Below, in pieces: positions 9,400 through 18,453 of a stretch of 55,409 nucleotides of DNA. The stretch lies in the NCBI GenBank assembly GCA_038233555.1, contig JBBSLT010000001.1:1-55409 (forward strand). Direction: 5' to 3'. How positions within the stretch are numbered: position 1 is the first letter of the stretch; every line of letters begins with the position of its first letter. The notes beneath the pieces are model-generated. The model saw only the letters and a program-made list of their open reading frames with translations, was not told where the DNA came from and searched no databases. The position numbers and the translations under genes were made by a program. This DNA comes from Acidimicrobiales bacterium. GTDB lineage: Bacteria; Actinomycetota; Acidimicrobiia; Acidimicrobiales; CADCSY01.

Positions 9400-10229
9400 C
9401 GGACATCACCCTTCGCCATGGTCGGCGCCGCACCCATGTTGGCCGTTCCCTCCGGGGTGGAGAGCTGGTCCACGAGGTGGCGGAAGCGGAGCGCCACCTC
9501 GTCCTGGTCGATGCGCTCGAAGCCCTCGGCGGTGATGGTGGCCATGGTCGGATAGATGCCTCGCACAAGGTCGGGCCCCCCGGTGGCCGAGTCTTCGTCA
9601 GCGGCCTGGAAAAGGGCAGAGATGGCGAGGTCGAGGGCATCGCCACGCTGGATGCCAGCCCGATAGCCCAACTTGACCACGGTGCCGGCATGCAGGCGAC
9701 CCGAACCGGTGGTGGCGAAATCGCTTTCCTCGTAGCGACCACCGGTGACGTCGTACTGGAACAACCGGCCGGTGCGACGACGAACGTCGTAGCCGGCGAA
9801 GACGGGCACGACCACCAGGCCCTGCATGGCCGCCGGCAGGTTGTTGCGGACCATGAGGCTGAGCTGGTTGGCCTTGCCCTCGAGGCTGAGCTCGACGCCC
9901 TCCACCTTCTCGTAGTGCTCGAGCTGGAGCTGGAACAGCTCCACCATCTCCACCGCCGGGCCGGCGGCGCCGGCGATGGCGACCCCGGAATGGCGGTCGG
10001 CGGCGAACACCTTCTCCATGCTGCGGTGGCTGATCAGGTTGCCCGAGGTAGCTCGCCGGTCCCCGGCCATGACGACACCGTCGGCGTAGCGCAGGGCCAC
10101 GACCGTGGTGGCATGGGTCACGTCGGGCACCGGCCCTGCCGGCAACGGGGGCAGGCCGCCGGTGCGGCGCAGAAGGTCGGCAAAGCTGGAGCCGGGGTCG
10201 TCTTCGTGCGCATAGAGAGGAGGGGCCAC
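9396..10229 (-). CDS. prcB: 20S proteasome beta subunit (with propeptide)
   Basis: Propeptide, then catalytic Thr context HA/TTVVALRYADGVVMAGDRRAT. GTG start. Confidence 0.93.
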   Translation of the reverse strand: MAPPLYAHEDDPGSSFADLLRRTGGLPPLPAGPVPDVTHATTVVALRYADGVVMAGDRRATSGNLISHRSMEKVFAADRHSGVAIAGAAGPAVEMVELFQLQLEHYEKVEGVELSLEGKANQLSLMVRNNLPAAMQGLVVVPVFAGYDVRRRTGRLFQYDVTGGRYEESDFATTGSGRLHAGTVVKLGYRAGIQRGDALDLAISALFQAADEDSATGGPDLVRGIYPTMATITAEGFERIDQDEVALRFRHLVDQLSTPEGTANMGAAPTMAKGDVR

Positions 10230-10232
10230 GTC

Positions 10233-10263
10233 GGGCGAGGCTAGCTGCTAGCCGTCCTCGCCC
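10233..10263 (-). promoter_or_regulatory. Stem-loop in the 82-nt pup-prcB spacer
   Basis: gggcgagg (10233..10240) pairs with cctcgccc (10256..10263) around ctagctgctagccgt. Confidence 0.3.
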
Positions 10264-10311
10264 ACGCCCCCACGGTTCTCGTTCGGTCTGGCCATCGGCG
10301 TTTCCCGGGCG

Positions 10312-10506
10312 CTACTGGCCGCCCTTTTGCACGTAGGACTTCACGAATTCCTCCGAGTTGACCTCGAGCACTGCATCGATCTCGTCCAAGAGATCGTCGA
10401 GCTCAGCCTTGATCTCCTCACCCCGCTCCGATCGGGGCGGGGCCTCCTCGACCACCTCCTCGTGACGGCTCGGTGCCGGCCGCCGCCGTTGTTCCCGTTC
10501 AGCCAT
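10312..10506 (-). CDS. pup: Prokaryotic ubiquitin-like protein Pup (C-terminal GGQ)
   Basis: 64 aa from ATG 10506: MAEREQRRRPAP...DDLLDEIDAVLEVNSEEFVKSYVQKGGQ*. The longer ORF to 10569 would overlap dop. Confidence 0.92.
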   Translation of the reverse strand: MAEREQRRRPAPSRHEEVVEEAPPRSERGEEIKAELDDLLDEIDAVLEVNSEEFVKSYVQKGGQ

Positions 10507-10526
10507 GGCTCCTCCTCCTTGTGGTC

Positions 10527-12014
10527 TCAGCCTCCGAGTCGCTGGAGCAACTCGGTCGGCGTGGTGCATTCCTCCAACAGTGCATCGACCATCTCAGCGG
10601 TCCCTTTGAGGGGTTCCATCATCGGAACCCGTCGGAGCGGATCGCTGCCGACGTCAAAGACCACCGAATCCCAGTTTGCCGCAACGATCTGCGACGCCCA
10701 CCGCTGCAGGCACTTCCCCCGGAACCAGGCGCGGGTGGTGGTCGGCGGTTCGGTGGTGGCCGACGCCACCTCCTCGTCGGTGGTGAGGCGCTGCATGCCC
10801 AGCCGGGCGAAGAGCGACCGCTCCGGGCGCAGGTCGTGGTACTGCAGGTCCATGGCCGCCAATCGGGGGGAGTCCCAGGTGAGGTCGTCCCGCTCGCGGT
10901 AGGCGGACAGCATCTTGTACTTGGCCACCCAGTCGAGCGTGGTGGCCAGCGCCATCGGGTCGGTCTCCAAGGCGGTGAGAACCGCCTCCCAACGCCGCAG
11001 GACCTCGGCACCGACGTCGACGCCCACCGCCTCCAGGCCACGGCTGTCGGCGTACTTGTTCGCCCAGGTCAGGTACTCCCACTGGAGGTCGAGGGCGCTG
11101 ATGGTCCCCCCGCCAGCCAGCTCCAGGTGAGTCGACAGCTCGAGGTCGCAGGACACGCGACGAAGGGCGGCCACCGGAGCGGCGAGGGCGAGATCGCGTC
11201 CCAGCTCGTCGTCCTCGATCATGGCCAGAACCAAGGCGGTGGTTCCCACCTTGAGGAAGGTGGCGATCTCCGAGCAGTTGGCGTCTCCGAGGATGACGTG
11301 CAGGCGCCGGTACTTCTGAGCGTCGCAGTGAGGTTCGTCGCGGGTGTTGACGATCGGTCGCTTCAGCGTCGTCTCCAGGCCGACCTCCTCCTCGAAGAAG
11401 TCAGCCCGCTGGGACAGCTGGAAGGGCACCTCGGCGGCGGAGACTCCCGGCAGCTCCGAACCCACCTTGCCGGCACCGGCGAAGATCTGACGGGTGACGA
11501 AGAAAGGGACGATCCCTGCCACGATCCGCTGGAACGGGACGGACCGCGCCACGAGGTAGTTCTCGTGACACCCGTAGCTGTTGCCCTTGCCGTCGCTGTT
11601 GTTCTTGTAGACCACCAACTCCTGGCCGGCGGGCAGGATGGCGTCGGCGGCCCGCATCGACTCGACAACGATGCGCTCGGCCGCCTTGTCCCACACCACC
11701 ACCTCCCGAGCGTCGGAGCACTCAGGGGTGGAGAGCTCGGGATGGGCGTGGTCGACGTAGTAACGGGCGCCGTTGGTGAGCACGGCGTTGACCAGGTGGG
11801 TCTCCACCTCGGGAGCCGACGCACCCACGGCCCGATAGCCCCGGGCGTCGTTGCCGGGAGTCTCGTCCTCGAAGTCCCAGCCGACCTTGCGCTGCAGCGA
11901 CGCCACGTAGGCGTTGATGAGCAGGGACGAGGCCGCCATGGGGTTGGCATCAGCTGCCCCTCGCAGCACGATGCCGAACTCGGTCTCGATGCCGCAGACC
12001 TTCCGGATGGCCAC
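10527..12014 (-). CDS. dop: Pup deamidase/depupylase Dop
   Basis: 495 aa PafA paralogue (CGIETEFG, NGARYYVDHAHPELSTPEC), longer than PafA as expected for the Dop loop. Sits directly upstream of pup. Confidence 0.9.
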   Translation of the reverse strand: MAIRKVCGIETEFGIVLRGAADANPMAASSLLINAYVASLQRKVGWDFEDETPGNDARGYRAVGASAPEVETHLVNAVLTNGARYYVDHAHPELSTPECSDAREVVVWDKAAERIVVESMRAADAILPAGQELVVYKNNSDGKGNSYGCHENYLVARSVPFQRIVAGIVPFFVTRQIFAGAGKVGSELPGVSAAEVPFQLSQRADFFEEEVGLETTLKRPIVNTRDEPHCDAQKYRRLHVILGDANCSEIATFLKVGTTALVLAMIEDDELGRDLALAAPVAALRRVSCDLELSTHLELAGGGTISALDLQWEYLTWANKYADSRGLEAVGVDVGAEVLRRWEAVLTALETDPMALATTLDWVAKYKMLSAYRERDDLTWDSPRLAAMDLQYHDLRPERSLFARLGMQRLTTDEEVASATTEPPTTTRAWFRGKCLQRWASQIVAANWDSVVFDVGSDPLRRVPMMEPLKGTAEMVDALLEECTTPTELLQRLGG

Positions 12015-12081
12015 GCGCCGACCCTAGCCCCCGCGCCCTGAGAAACGTGAGCATCTCTGCCCATGAGGGGGCCGGCAGCGC

Positions 12082-13821
12082 TTACAGGTACTGGCCGGTC
12101 GCCACCCGTTCGATGGAGCGACCACCACCGGTGTCCTCGGCGTTGCCGGACACCAGGGTGCGGACGTAGACGATTCGCTCGCCCTTCTTGCCCGAGATCT
12201 TGGCCCAGTCGTCGGGGTTGGTGGTGTTGGGAAGGTCTTCGTGCTCCTTGTACTCCTGGGCGATGGACGCCAGGAGGTCGGCGGTACCGATGCCCGGCTC
12301 GCCGCCGGCGATGAGTCGCTTGATGGCCAGCTTCTTGGCCCGACGCACGATGTTCTCGATCATGGCCCCCGAAGCGAAGTCCTTGAAGTACATGACCTCC
12401 TTGTCACCGTTTTGATAGGTCACCTCCAAGAAGCGGTTGGCATCGTCGGCCCGGTACATGACCTCTACGGTCTGTTCGATCATGGCCTGAACCGCCTTGG
12501 CCGGGTCGCCCCCGCCGAGGCCGGCAACCTCGTCGGCGGCGAGGGGGAGGTCGACCTCGAGGTACCGGCTGAAGATCTGGGCCGCCGCCTCCTCGTTGGG
12601 GCGTTCGATCTTGATCTTCACGTCGAGGCGCCCGGGGCGCAGGATGGCGGGATCGATCAGGTCCTCCCGGTTGGAGGCACCGATGACGATGACGTTCTTC
12701 AGCGTCTCCACCCCGTCGATCTCGGCCAGGAGCTGGGGGACGATGGTCGACTCCATGTCGGAGCTGATGCCGGTGCCCCGGGTCCGAAACAGGCTGTCCA
12801 TCTCGTCGAAGAAGACGATGACGGGGACGCCTTCCTCTGACTTCTCCCGGGCCCGCTGGAACACCAGGCGGATCTGGCGCTCCGTCTCGCCCACGTACTT
12901 GTTGAGCAGCTCCGGACCCTTGATGTTGAGGAAGTAGCTGCGCGCCGCAGGCTTGCCCGTGACCTCGCTGACCTTCTTGGACAGCGAGTTGGCCACCGCC
13001 TTGGCGATGAGGGTCTTGCCACACCCGGGAGGACCGTAGAGCAGGATGCCCTTCGGAGCAGGCAGGCGGTACTGCTCGAACAGGGCACGGTGCATGAAGG
13101 GAAGCTCCACGGCATCGGTGATCTGCTCGATCTGGGAGTCGAGACCGCCGACGTCGGCGTAGGAGATGTCGGGGACCTCTTCGAGCACCAGCTCCTCGAC
13201 CTCCGGTCGGGGCAGCCGCTCGAGCACCAGGCCCGAACGGGGGTCGACCAGCACGCTGTCGCCGGCCCGCAGATGCACGTCAGCCACGGCGTCGGACAGC
13301 TCGACCACCCGCTCCTCATCGGCCCGCCCCACGATCAGCGCCCGCCTGTCCTCCAGGAGCTCTTTGAGAGTGACGACCTCACCCGAAATCTCCCCGCCCC
13401 GGGCCATCACCACGTTGAGCGACTCGTTGAGGACCACCTCGGCCCCTCGCACCAGCGTGTCGTCGACCAGATCAGGGTGTAGGGCGACGCGCATCTTTCG
13501 TCCACCCGAAAAGACGTCCACCGTGCCGTCGTCATTGCGTCCGAGCAGGGTGCCGTAGGCCGAAGGAGGCTGGGTGAGCTTCTCGACCTCTTCGCGCAGG
13601 GCGGCGATGTGCTCCCTCGCCTCGCGAAGGGTGTAGCTGAGCTTCTCGTTCTGGGAGACGGCCTGGGCCAGCTGGCCCTTGGTCTCCAACAACCGCTCTT
13701 CGAGGGTACGGACGCGCCGCGGAACCTCTTGGAGCTTGCGCCGTAAGACGGTGACTTCCTCCTCGAGGTGCACCGCCTGGTCTCGCAGCTCTTGAAGCTC
13801 GGGTTGCTCGCGCGCCGCCAC
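12082..13821 (-). CDS. mpa: Proteasome-associated AAA ATPase Mpa/ARC
   Basis: N-terminal coiled coil, Walker [14 protein letters not shown], Walker [12 protein letters not shown]-terminal proteasome-docking GQYL*. I place the start at GTG 13821 (579 aa). An ATG at 13938 is possible, but the intervening region looks like an AT-rich promoter. Confidence 0.9.
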   Translation of the reverse strand: MAAREQPELQELRDQAVHLEEEVTVLRRKLQEVPRRVRTLEERLLETKGQLAQAVSQNEKLSYTLREAREHIAALREEVEKLTQPPSAYGTLLGRNDDGTVDVFSGGRKMRVALHPDLVDDTLVRGAEVVLNESLNVVMARGGEISGEVVTLKELLEDRRALIVGRADEERVVELSDAVADVHLRAGDSVLVDPRSGLVLERLPRPEVEELVLEEVPDISYADVGGLDSQIEQITDAVELPFMHRALFEQYRLPAPKGILLYGPPGCGKTLIAKAVANSLSKKVSEVTGKPAARSYFLNIKGPELLNKYVGETERQIRLVFQRAREKSEEGVPVIVFFDEMDSLFRTRGTGISSDMESTIVPQLLAEIDGVETLKNVIVIGASNREDLIDPAILRPGRLDVKIKIERPNEEAAAQIFSRYLEVDLPLAADEVAGLGGGDPAKAVQAMIEQTVEVMYRADDANRFLEVTYQNGDKEVMYFKDFASGAMIENIVRRAKKLAIKRLIAGGEPGIGTADLLASIAQEYKEHEDLPNTTNPDDWAKISGKKGERIVYVRTLVSGNAEDTGGGRSIERVATGQYL

Positions 13822-13936
13822 CGCGGGGAGGGTACACGGACGGACGAACTCCGCCGGTGATGGGTTTTCCCTGCCGCGACCGTGTAAATTAGATTCTGCC
13901 CTATACGAGTTCCCCACAGCTGGGAGGCTGAGCACC

Positions 13937-14173
13937 ATGAAGGTCTGGATCGACCAGGATCTGTGCACCGGCGACGGCCTGTGCGAGGAGATCGCCCCGG
14001 ACGTCTTCACCCTGCTCGACGACGGCCTCGCCTACGTCAAAGAGGGAGCCAAGGTCTACAGCGACCCCGGCGGCTCCGAAGGCCTCGCCGCCTTCCCCGA
14101 CAACCGCCTCGACGCCGTGGTCGAGTCGGCCGAGGAATGCCCAGGCGAGTGCATCTTCATCGAGCCCGAGTAA
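13937..14173 (+). CDS. Ferredoxin (small single-cluster type)
   Basis: 78 aa. [15 protein letters not shown] ... ECPGECI. gggagg sits 10 nt upstream of the ATG. Confidence 0.85.
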   Translation: MKVWIDQDLCTGDGLCEEIAPDVFTLLDDGLAYVKEGAKVYSDPGGSEGLAAFPDNRLDAVVESAEECPGECIFIEPE

Positions 14174-14174
14174 A

Positions 14175-14204
14175 TCGCCGAGCAACCTCCGGTTGCGACG
14201 GCGA
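14175..14204. repeat. 30-nt hairpin element, copy 2 (tcgccgagcaacctccggttgcgacggcga)
   Basis: 28/30 identical to 4120..4149, same orientation. Lies between the ferredoxin stop (14173) and the marP-like stop (14210). Confidence 0.7.
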
Positions 14205-14209
14205 GGGCT

Positions 14210-15370
14210 TCAGAGGCAAGGGCCCGTGTCGGTTGAGGCGCGGGGGGCGGCTAGGGCTTCTCGGAGCTCGTCGGCGTCGAGGGCATAGGCGGTGTCCGAG
14301 CGGTCGGGGGCGATGGCAAAGGCAGCGCCGACCACCGTGCCCGATGGGGTCACCAGGGCGCCGCCGGAGTCCCCGGGGGCAAGACTACTGGCGAGGATTA
14401 GGATCTGACGACGAGTAGGGCCGGCGCCGTAGAGGTCGCGCCCTACCGCCTCGACCTCGTCGCGCACCTCGAAGGGCGAGATTTCCAGGTTGCCGCCACC
14501 CGGGTAGCCAAAGACCGCCCCCCGGGTGCCCACTCCGGCGTCCTCGATCTCCAGGGCAGGTGCACCGAGGCCCGGGGCGTCGAGCACGGCCAGGTCGGTG
14601 TCGGGATCGAAGTACACGACCTCCGCTGGAGTACGGCTCCCGTCGATGCCGATGAGCTCGGTGCTCTCCTGGCCCGCCACGACGTGGGCGTTGGTGACGA
14701 CCACTCCAGGCTGGGCCACGAAGCCGCTGCCTTCCTGAAGGCGCCCGCAGGCTTCGCCCTCCACCCGGAACGTCGAGGCGGCCACGCTTTGCGCCACCGC
14801 CTCGGACAGACCTGTCTCGGCTGGAGGCGGGCCCACGTCGGGAGCTGGGCGAAGGGCGGCGAAGACGTCAGGGAAGCGGTTATCGCGCACCAGGCGGCGG
14901 AGGGCGTTGAGGGTGTCGGGAGGATCGGGCGCGGCCGAGTCGATGCTGCGGGCGATGAAGGAGCTGCGGGCCTGGCGCGAGATCGTCCCCGGGACCTCGG
15001 CCAAGGTGGGCAGGAGGAGCCAGATGGCGACGACCACGCCGAAGGCTCCGGCCAGCGCTCCGCCGGCCCGGTCCAGCGGCCGCCCCGCTCTGGGGATGGC
15101 GAGGTGGGCCTTGGTGCCCACCAGCAGGCCGATGCCCTGGCCTAGGAAGGCGCCGAGGAGCAGGATCCCCACGGCCACCACCAGGCGGCCAGTCGGACCC
15201 TCCGCCGGCAGCGGGACCAGTTCCAACAGGTCGGCCAGGAACCGGGTGGTGAGGTAGAGCCCGACGCCGAGGCCCACCCACGACAGGGCCCGGGCCAGGA
15301 ACCCGAGCCGGTAGCCCCCGACGGCTGCGACCAGCGCCACCGTCAGGACAAAGCCGTCGAAGAGGTTCAT
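14210..15370 (-). CDS. CvpA-family membrane domain fused to trypsin-like serine protease (MarP-like)
   Basis: N-terminal 4-TM CvpA-like region. Protease triad contexts VVTNAHVVAG, DLAVLD, GDSGGALV. Confidence 0.88.
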   Translation of the reverse strand: MNLFDGFVLTVALVAAVGGYRLGFLARALSWVGLGVGLYLTTRFLADLLELVPLPAEGPTGRLVVAVGILLLGAFLGQGIGLLVGTKAHLAIPRAGRPLDRAGGALAGAFGVVVAIWLLLPTLAEVPGTISRQARSSFIARSIDSAAPDPPDTLNALRRLVRDNRFPDVFAALRPAPDVGPPPAETGLSEAVAQSVAASTFRVEGEACGRLQEGSGFVAQPGVVVTNAHVVAGQESTELIGIDGSRTPAEVVYFDPDTDLAVLDAPGLGAPALEIEDAGVGTRGAVFGYPGGGNLEISPFEVRDEVEAVGRDLYGAGPTRRQILILASSLAPGDSGGALVTPSGTVVGAAFAIAPDRSDTAYALDADELREALAAPRASTDTGPCL

Positions 15371-16176
15371 CTCGGCGTCCTCGGCGCCTTCAGCCCACCG
15401 GGAACGGCCGCCAAGAGACGGGCCGAGGTGAGGAAGCCGGTGTGGGCCACCATCCGGTGGTCGGGTCGCACCGCCTGACCCTCGATGTGCCAGGTGCGGG
15501 CCAGGTGCTCGACGGTCTGGGCCAGCTCGAAGCCGCTGTCGTCGAGCGCCTCTCGAAGCTGCGCAGCCTGCAGGATCGACGGCGTGTAGGCCACCAACAG
15601 TCCGCCGGGCCGCAGCGCCGTCTCGGCGTGCTTCACCACCTGCCAGGGCTCGGGCAGGTCGAGCACCACCCGGTCGAGGTCGCGCTCGTCGATGCCCGAG
15701 TACACATCGCGCTCCTCCACACGAAAGCGAGCCGCGGCCTCAGGCCCGAGAAAGTCTGAGACGTTTTCCCGGGCCCGAGCGGCGAAATCGGCCCGTATCT
15801 CGTAGCCGACGACGTCGGCCCCCGCTCGCACCAGGGTCATCGACAATGCCCCCGATCCCACCCCGGCCTCGAGCACCCGCACACCGGGGAACACGTCGGC
15901 GAGGATCAAGATGGCACCGAGGTCCTTCGGATAGATCACCTGGGCCCCACGAGGCATGCGCACGACGAAGTCGGCCAGCGTCGGGCGCATGACGGTGTAA
16001 CGGGCGCCCGTGGTAGAGCGCACGGTGGCTCCCTCGTCGCCCGCCAGGAGCTCGTCGTGCTCCACGATCCCGGTGTGGGAGTGGAACTGGCCGCCCTCCC
16101 TCAGGATGGTCAGGTACTGGCGGCCTTTGCTGTCGACCAGGATGATCCGCTCGCCTCGTCGCAGTCGCCCGGTCAT
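15367..16176 (-). CDS. trmI: tRNA (adenine58-N1)-methyltransferase TrmI
   Basis: GCD14/TrmI-like layout. SAM motif VLEAGVGSGALS. 4-nt overlaps with both neighbours. Confidence 0.88.
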   Translation of the reverse strand: MTGRLRRGERIILVDSKGRQYLTILREGGQFHSHTGIVEHDELLAGDEGATVRSTTGARYTVMRPTLADFVVRMPRGAQVIYPKDLGAILILADVFPGVRVLEAGVGSGALSMTLVRAGADVVGYEIRADFAARARENVSDFLGPEAAARFRVEERDVYSGIDERDLDRVVLDLPEPWQVVKHAETALRPGGLLVAYTPSILQAAQLREALDDSGFELAQTVEHLARTWHIEGQAVRPDHRMVAHTGFLTSARLLAAVPGGLKAPRTPR

Positions 16177-16385
16177 CTCCGCTTTCTCTTCGGAGCCGCA
16201 TCCTCATGGCGGATGACGAGCGTCTCGCCCGGGTGCAGCACCTCGGTGTAGACGACCTTGGCCTCGCGGCTACTGGCCTTCTTGAACAGTCGAACGGCGA
16301 ACAGGAGCGCCCACACGCCCGTCCAGGGGCGCGACCCGCCCATCAGACCTTTGAGCTGGCCCCGCCGGTAGAGATAGCGCAGCAT
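16173..16385 (-). CDS. Small basic protein with one hydrophobic segment (70 aa)
   Basis: MLRYLYRRGQLKGLMGGSRPWTGVWALLFAVRLF... 4-nt overlap with the trmI start. Confidence 0.5.
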   Translation of the reverse strand: MLRYLYRRGQLKGLMGGSRPWTGVWALLFAVRLFKKASSREAKVVYTEVLHPGETLVIRHEDAAPKRKRR

Positions 16386-16388
16386 GAC

Positions 16389-16622
16389 CTAGACGCGCCT
16401 GACCTCGACCACGGTCGAGCGCTTGTTGCCCTTGCGCCGGCCGAAGAAGTAGGCGGCCGCCACCACCATGACGGCGGTGGCGACGGCGGCGATCACGGCG
16501 TAGTTGCGGCCCGATTCGGCCACCTCGCCCGCTTCGCCCCGGATTTCTCGGAGCTTGCTCTCGATGTCGTCGCGCGACACCGTGGCGCCCTCGCCCACCC
16601 GGGACGTCTTGGACTTGGTCAT
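16389..16622 (-). CDS. Small C-terminally membrane-anchored protein (77 aa)
   Basis: MTKSKTSRVGEGATVSRDDIESKLREIRGEAGEVAESGRNYAVIAAVATAVMVVAAAYFFGRRKG... ATGA overlap with the upstream gene. Confidence 0.6.
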   Translation of the reverse strand: MTKSKTSRVGEGATVSRDDIESKLREIRGEAGEVAESGRNYAVIAAVATAVMVVAAAYFFGRRKGNKRSTVVEVRRV

Positions 16623-16942
16623 GTCTGAGTCCCCTTTCGTCGCATGGCCGCCAACGCCGCACCGATCACTCCGGCGCACACCACCAGGGTCAACAGATAG
16701 GGGACGAAGGACCAGCCGCCGTCGAAGGTCGAGCCCGTCTCGCTCTGCAGCACCCGCAAGATGGCCAGGGCCAACAACACCGAACCCACGCCGAGGAGCA
16801 GGGAGCCGGCCAGCCCGAAGGCCACGAATCGCCCGATGCCCTTGATGGGCTCGATGGTCTCCTGCTTGGCGTAGGCCCGGACCAGATCCCACAGATCGGT
16901 CGCGAGGTGAGGCAGGGAGGTGTCGTCACCGCGCTTGGCCAC
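16619..16942 (-). CDS. Holin-X-like (phage holin family) two-TM membrane protein
   Basis: GTG 16942 preceded by aaggag at 5-nt spacing. LWDLVRAYAKQETIEPIKGIGRFVAFGLAGSLLLGVGSVLLALAILRV... resembles actinobacterial holin-X family proteins (from memory). Confidence 0.65.
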   Translation of the reverse strand: MAKRGDDTSLPHLATDLWDLVRAYAKQETIEPIKGIGRFVAFGLAGSLLLGVGSVLLALAILRVLQSETGSTFDGGWSFVPYLLTLVVCAGVIGAALAAMRRKGTQT

Positions 16943-17009
16943 ACCACTCCTTGAGTTCGCCGGAAGACGAGCAACGGCTCGATGCCGCCCCCGTCGGAGA
17001 CGCCCCTTC

Positions 17010-17618
17010 CTATCCCCCGGCCAGGCGTCTGGCAAGCACAGCCTCCTCCTCGTCGAGCAGGCGACCGAGTAGCTCCAGGCGGGAGAGGGTGGTCTGGGCC
17101 TCGAGCAGCGCCTGTCGATCGAGCGGCCCGACCGGCGCCGAGGCCGCCATCTGGTAGCTGGCCAGGACCGGTTCGTCGTCTATGGCCACGGTGGCGTCGA
17201 CCACCTCCTCGCCCATCTCCGCGGCCATGGCCAGCACCCGGCGCAGGCGTGACTCGACCTCGTCCCGGCGCAGGCCGGCCGCCGCTTCCCCGGGCGGATC
17301 GCCCCACTCGTCGACCTCGGCCCTCGGATAGGGGGCATCGGGAAGCCACCGACCGATGCGCACCCGGCGGGTGCCCACCGTCTCGAGCACCCAGCGCCCG
17401 TCGTCGAGCTGGGCGGCGGTGACGATGCGAGCCACGCAGCCGACGTCGAAGCGGGCGTCGCCCCCGCCCACGTCGCTCCCCCGCTCGATGAGCACGACGC
17501 CGAACTCCGGCGTCGCCGCCAGGCACGCCTCGACCATCGCCCGGTACCGGGGCTCGAAGACGTGCAGGGGCAAGTACACCCCCGGAAACAGCACCATCCC
17601 CAGGGGGAACATCGCCAT
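17010..17618 (-). CDS. LON substrate-binding (N-terminal) domain-only protein
   Basis: MAMFPLGMVLFPGVYLPLHVFEPRYRAMVEACL...RIVTAAQLDDGRWVLETVGTRRVRI. Confidence 0.8.
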   Translation of the reverse strand: MAMFPLGMVLFPGVYLPLHVFEPRYRAMVEACLAATPEFGVVLIERGSDVGGGDARFDVGCVARIVTAAQLDDGRWVLETVGTRRVRIGRWLPDAPYPRAEVDEWGDPPGEAAAGLRRDEVESRLRRVLAMAAEMGEEVVDATVAIDDEPVLASYQMAASAPVGPLDRQALLEAQTTLSRLELLGRLLDEEEAVLARRLAGG

Positions 17619-17721
17619 CACCGTCACGAGGAATCCGCGCCCGGGGCGAGGGTCGCCGTCGGTAGGCGCAATGGAGGAGGATTCGCCCGCGCTCCCGGGA
17701 GGCCAGACGCTGAAGAGCGAC

Positions 17722-18150
17722 TCACGAGCCCTCGCCCGCGGCAGTTCCCGGAGCAGGAGGCACGACGTTGAAGCCGGCGCGGCCGAAGTCGTCATCGAAG
17801 GCAAAGGCGGTCCTCACCTTCGCCCTCATCATGAGCTGGAAGCTGACGTGATCGACGAGGGAGACAAGTCGATGCCCTTGGACCTCGAGCGCATCGAACG
17901 CTTCCTCGTGGAGAAGTGGATCGACCCACCTCACGTCTAGGACACCGAGCACGTCGTGGCGCAAGGTGGCCAGCGCGGCCATGCCGAGCCGCCGCTGGAC
18001 CAGGAGGATGGTCTCCATCACCACGTAGTTGGTCGTGAGGAGGGCCTCATCGTCAGTGAAGCCCGAGAAGGCAGCCACCGCCTCGACGTGGCGCTCGTCG
18101 TCGACGTTGACCATAGCCAGCAGCGCCGAGGTGTCGACGAAGACGCTCAC
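17722..18150 (-). CDS. vapC: PIN-domain toxin VapC
   Basis: MSVFVDTSALLAMV... with later acidic residues (SLVDHVSF, AFDDDF). 4-nt overlap with the antitoxin gene. Confidence 0.85.
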   Translation of the reverse strand: MSVFVDTSALLAMVNVDDERHVEAVAAFSGFTDDEALLTTNYVVMETILLVQRRLGMAALATLRHDVLGVLDVRWVDPLLHEEAFDALEVQGHRLVSLVDHVSFQLMMRAKVRTAFAFDDDFGRAGFNVVPPAPGTAAGEGS

Positions 18151-18392
18151 TCGTCGGTGGTCTCCTCGATATAGCGATCGTGGGCCTCAGCCAAGTCGGC
18201 CGGACCACCGCCGGTCGAGAGCTGAGCGATGGCCTCCTGAGCCCGGGCCCTCCTGGCGGACCGATCCGTTCGCACCAGTGCATCGTCGACCGCGTCCCGG
18301 ACCGCCGCCGCGATTGACACCCCACGCTCGGCGGCAAGCCGGCGGAGTCCCGTCATCTGCTCATCCGTCAGCGACACTTGGGTACGGATCAC
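18147..18392 (-). CDS. vapB: Ribbon-helix-helix (CopG-type) antitoxin VapB
   Basis: MIRTQVSLTDEQMTGLRRLAAERGVSIAAAVRDAV. GTG start. Confidence 0.8.
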   Translation of the reverse strand: MIRTQVSLTDEQMTGLRRLAAERGVSIAAAVRDAVDDALVRTDRSARRARAQEAIAQLSTGGGPADLAEAHDRYIEETTDE

Positions 18393-18400
18393 CGTGGCTC

Positions 18401-18429
18401 ATGATAACACTAGCAATCCAACATTGCCA
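18401..18429 (-). promoter_or_regulatory. Candidate promoter of vapBC-1 (TGGCAA-17-TATCAT), -10 ends 8 nt before the GTG
   Basis: Read on the minus strand in the unusually AT-rich 18393..18453 spacer. Geometry implies a leaderless or near-leaderless transcript. Confidence 0.4.
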
Positions 18430-18453
18430 TCATTTCGAGGCGCCGAGAGCAGC

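Noticed and set aside
10473-12041. 522-aa plus-strand ORF
   Set aside because: Antisense shadow of dop, with no recognisable motifs. The same reasoning rejects 7085..8374 (antisense to pafA), 1024..1857 (relA), 26287..27282 (zwf), 45182..46306 (ATPase), 46426..47553 (PP2C), 48091..49371 (der/DUF512) and 8429..9742.
16690-17526. 278-aa Arg/Gly/Pro-rich minus-strand ORF overlapping the holin-like and LON-domain genes
   Set aside because: It is an off-frame overlap with two better-supported genes and has an implausible composition.
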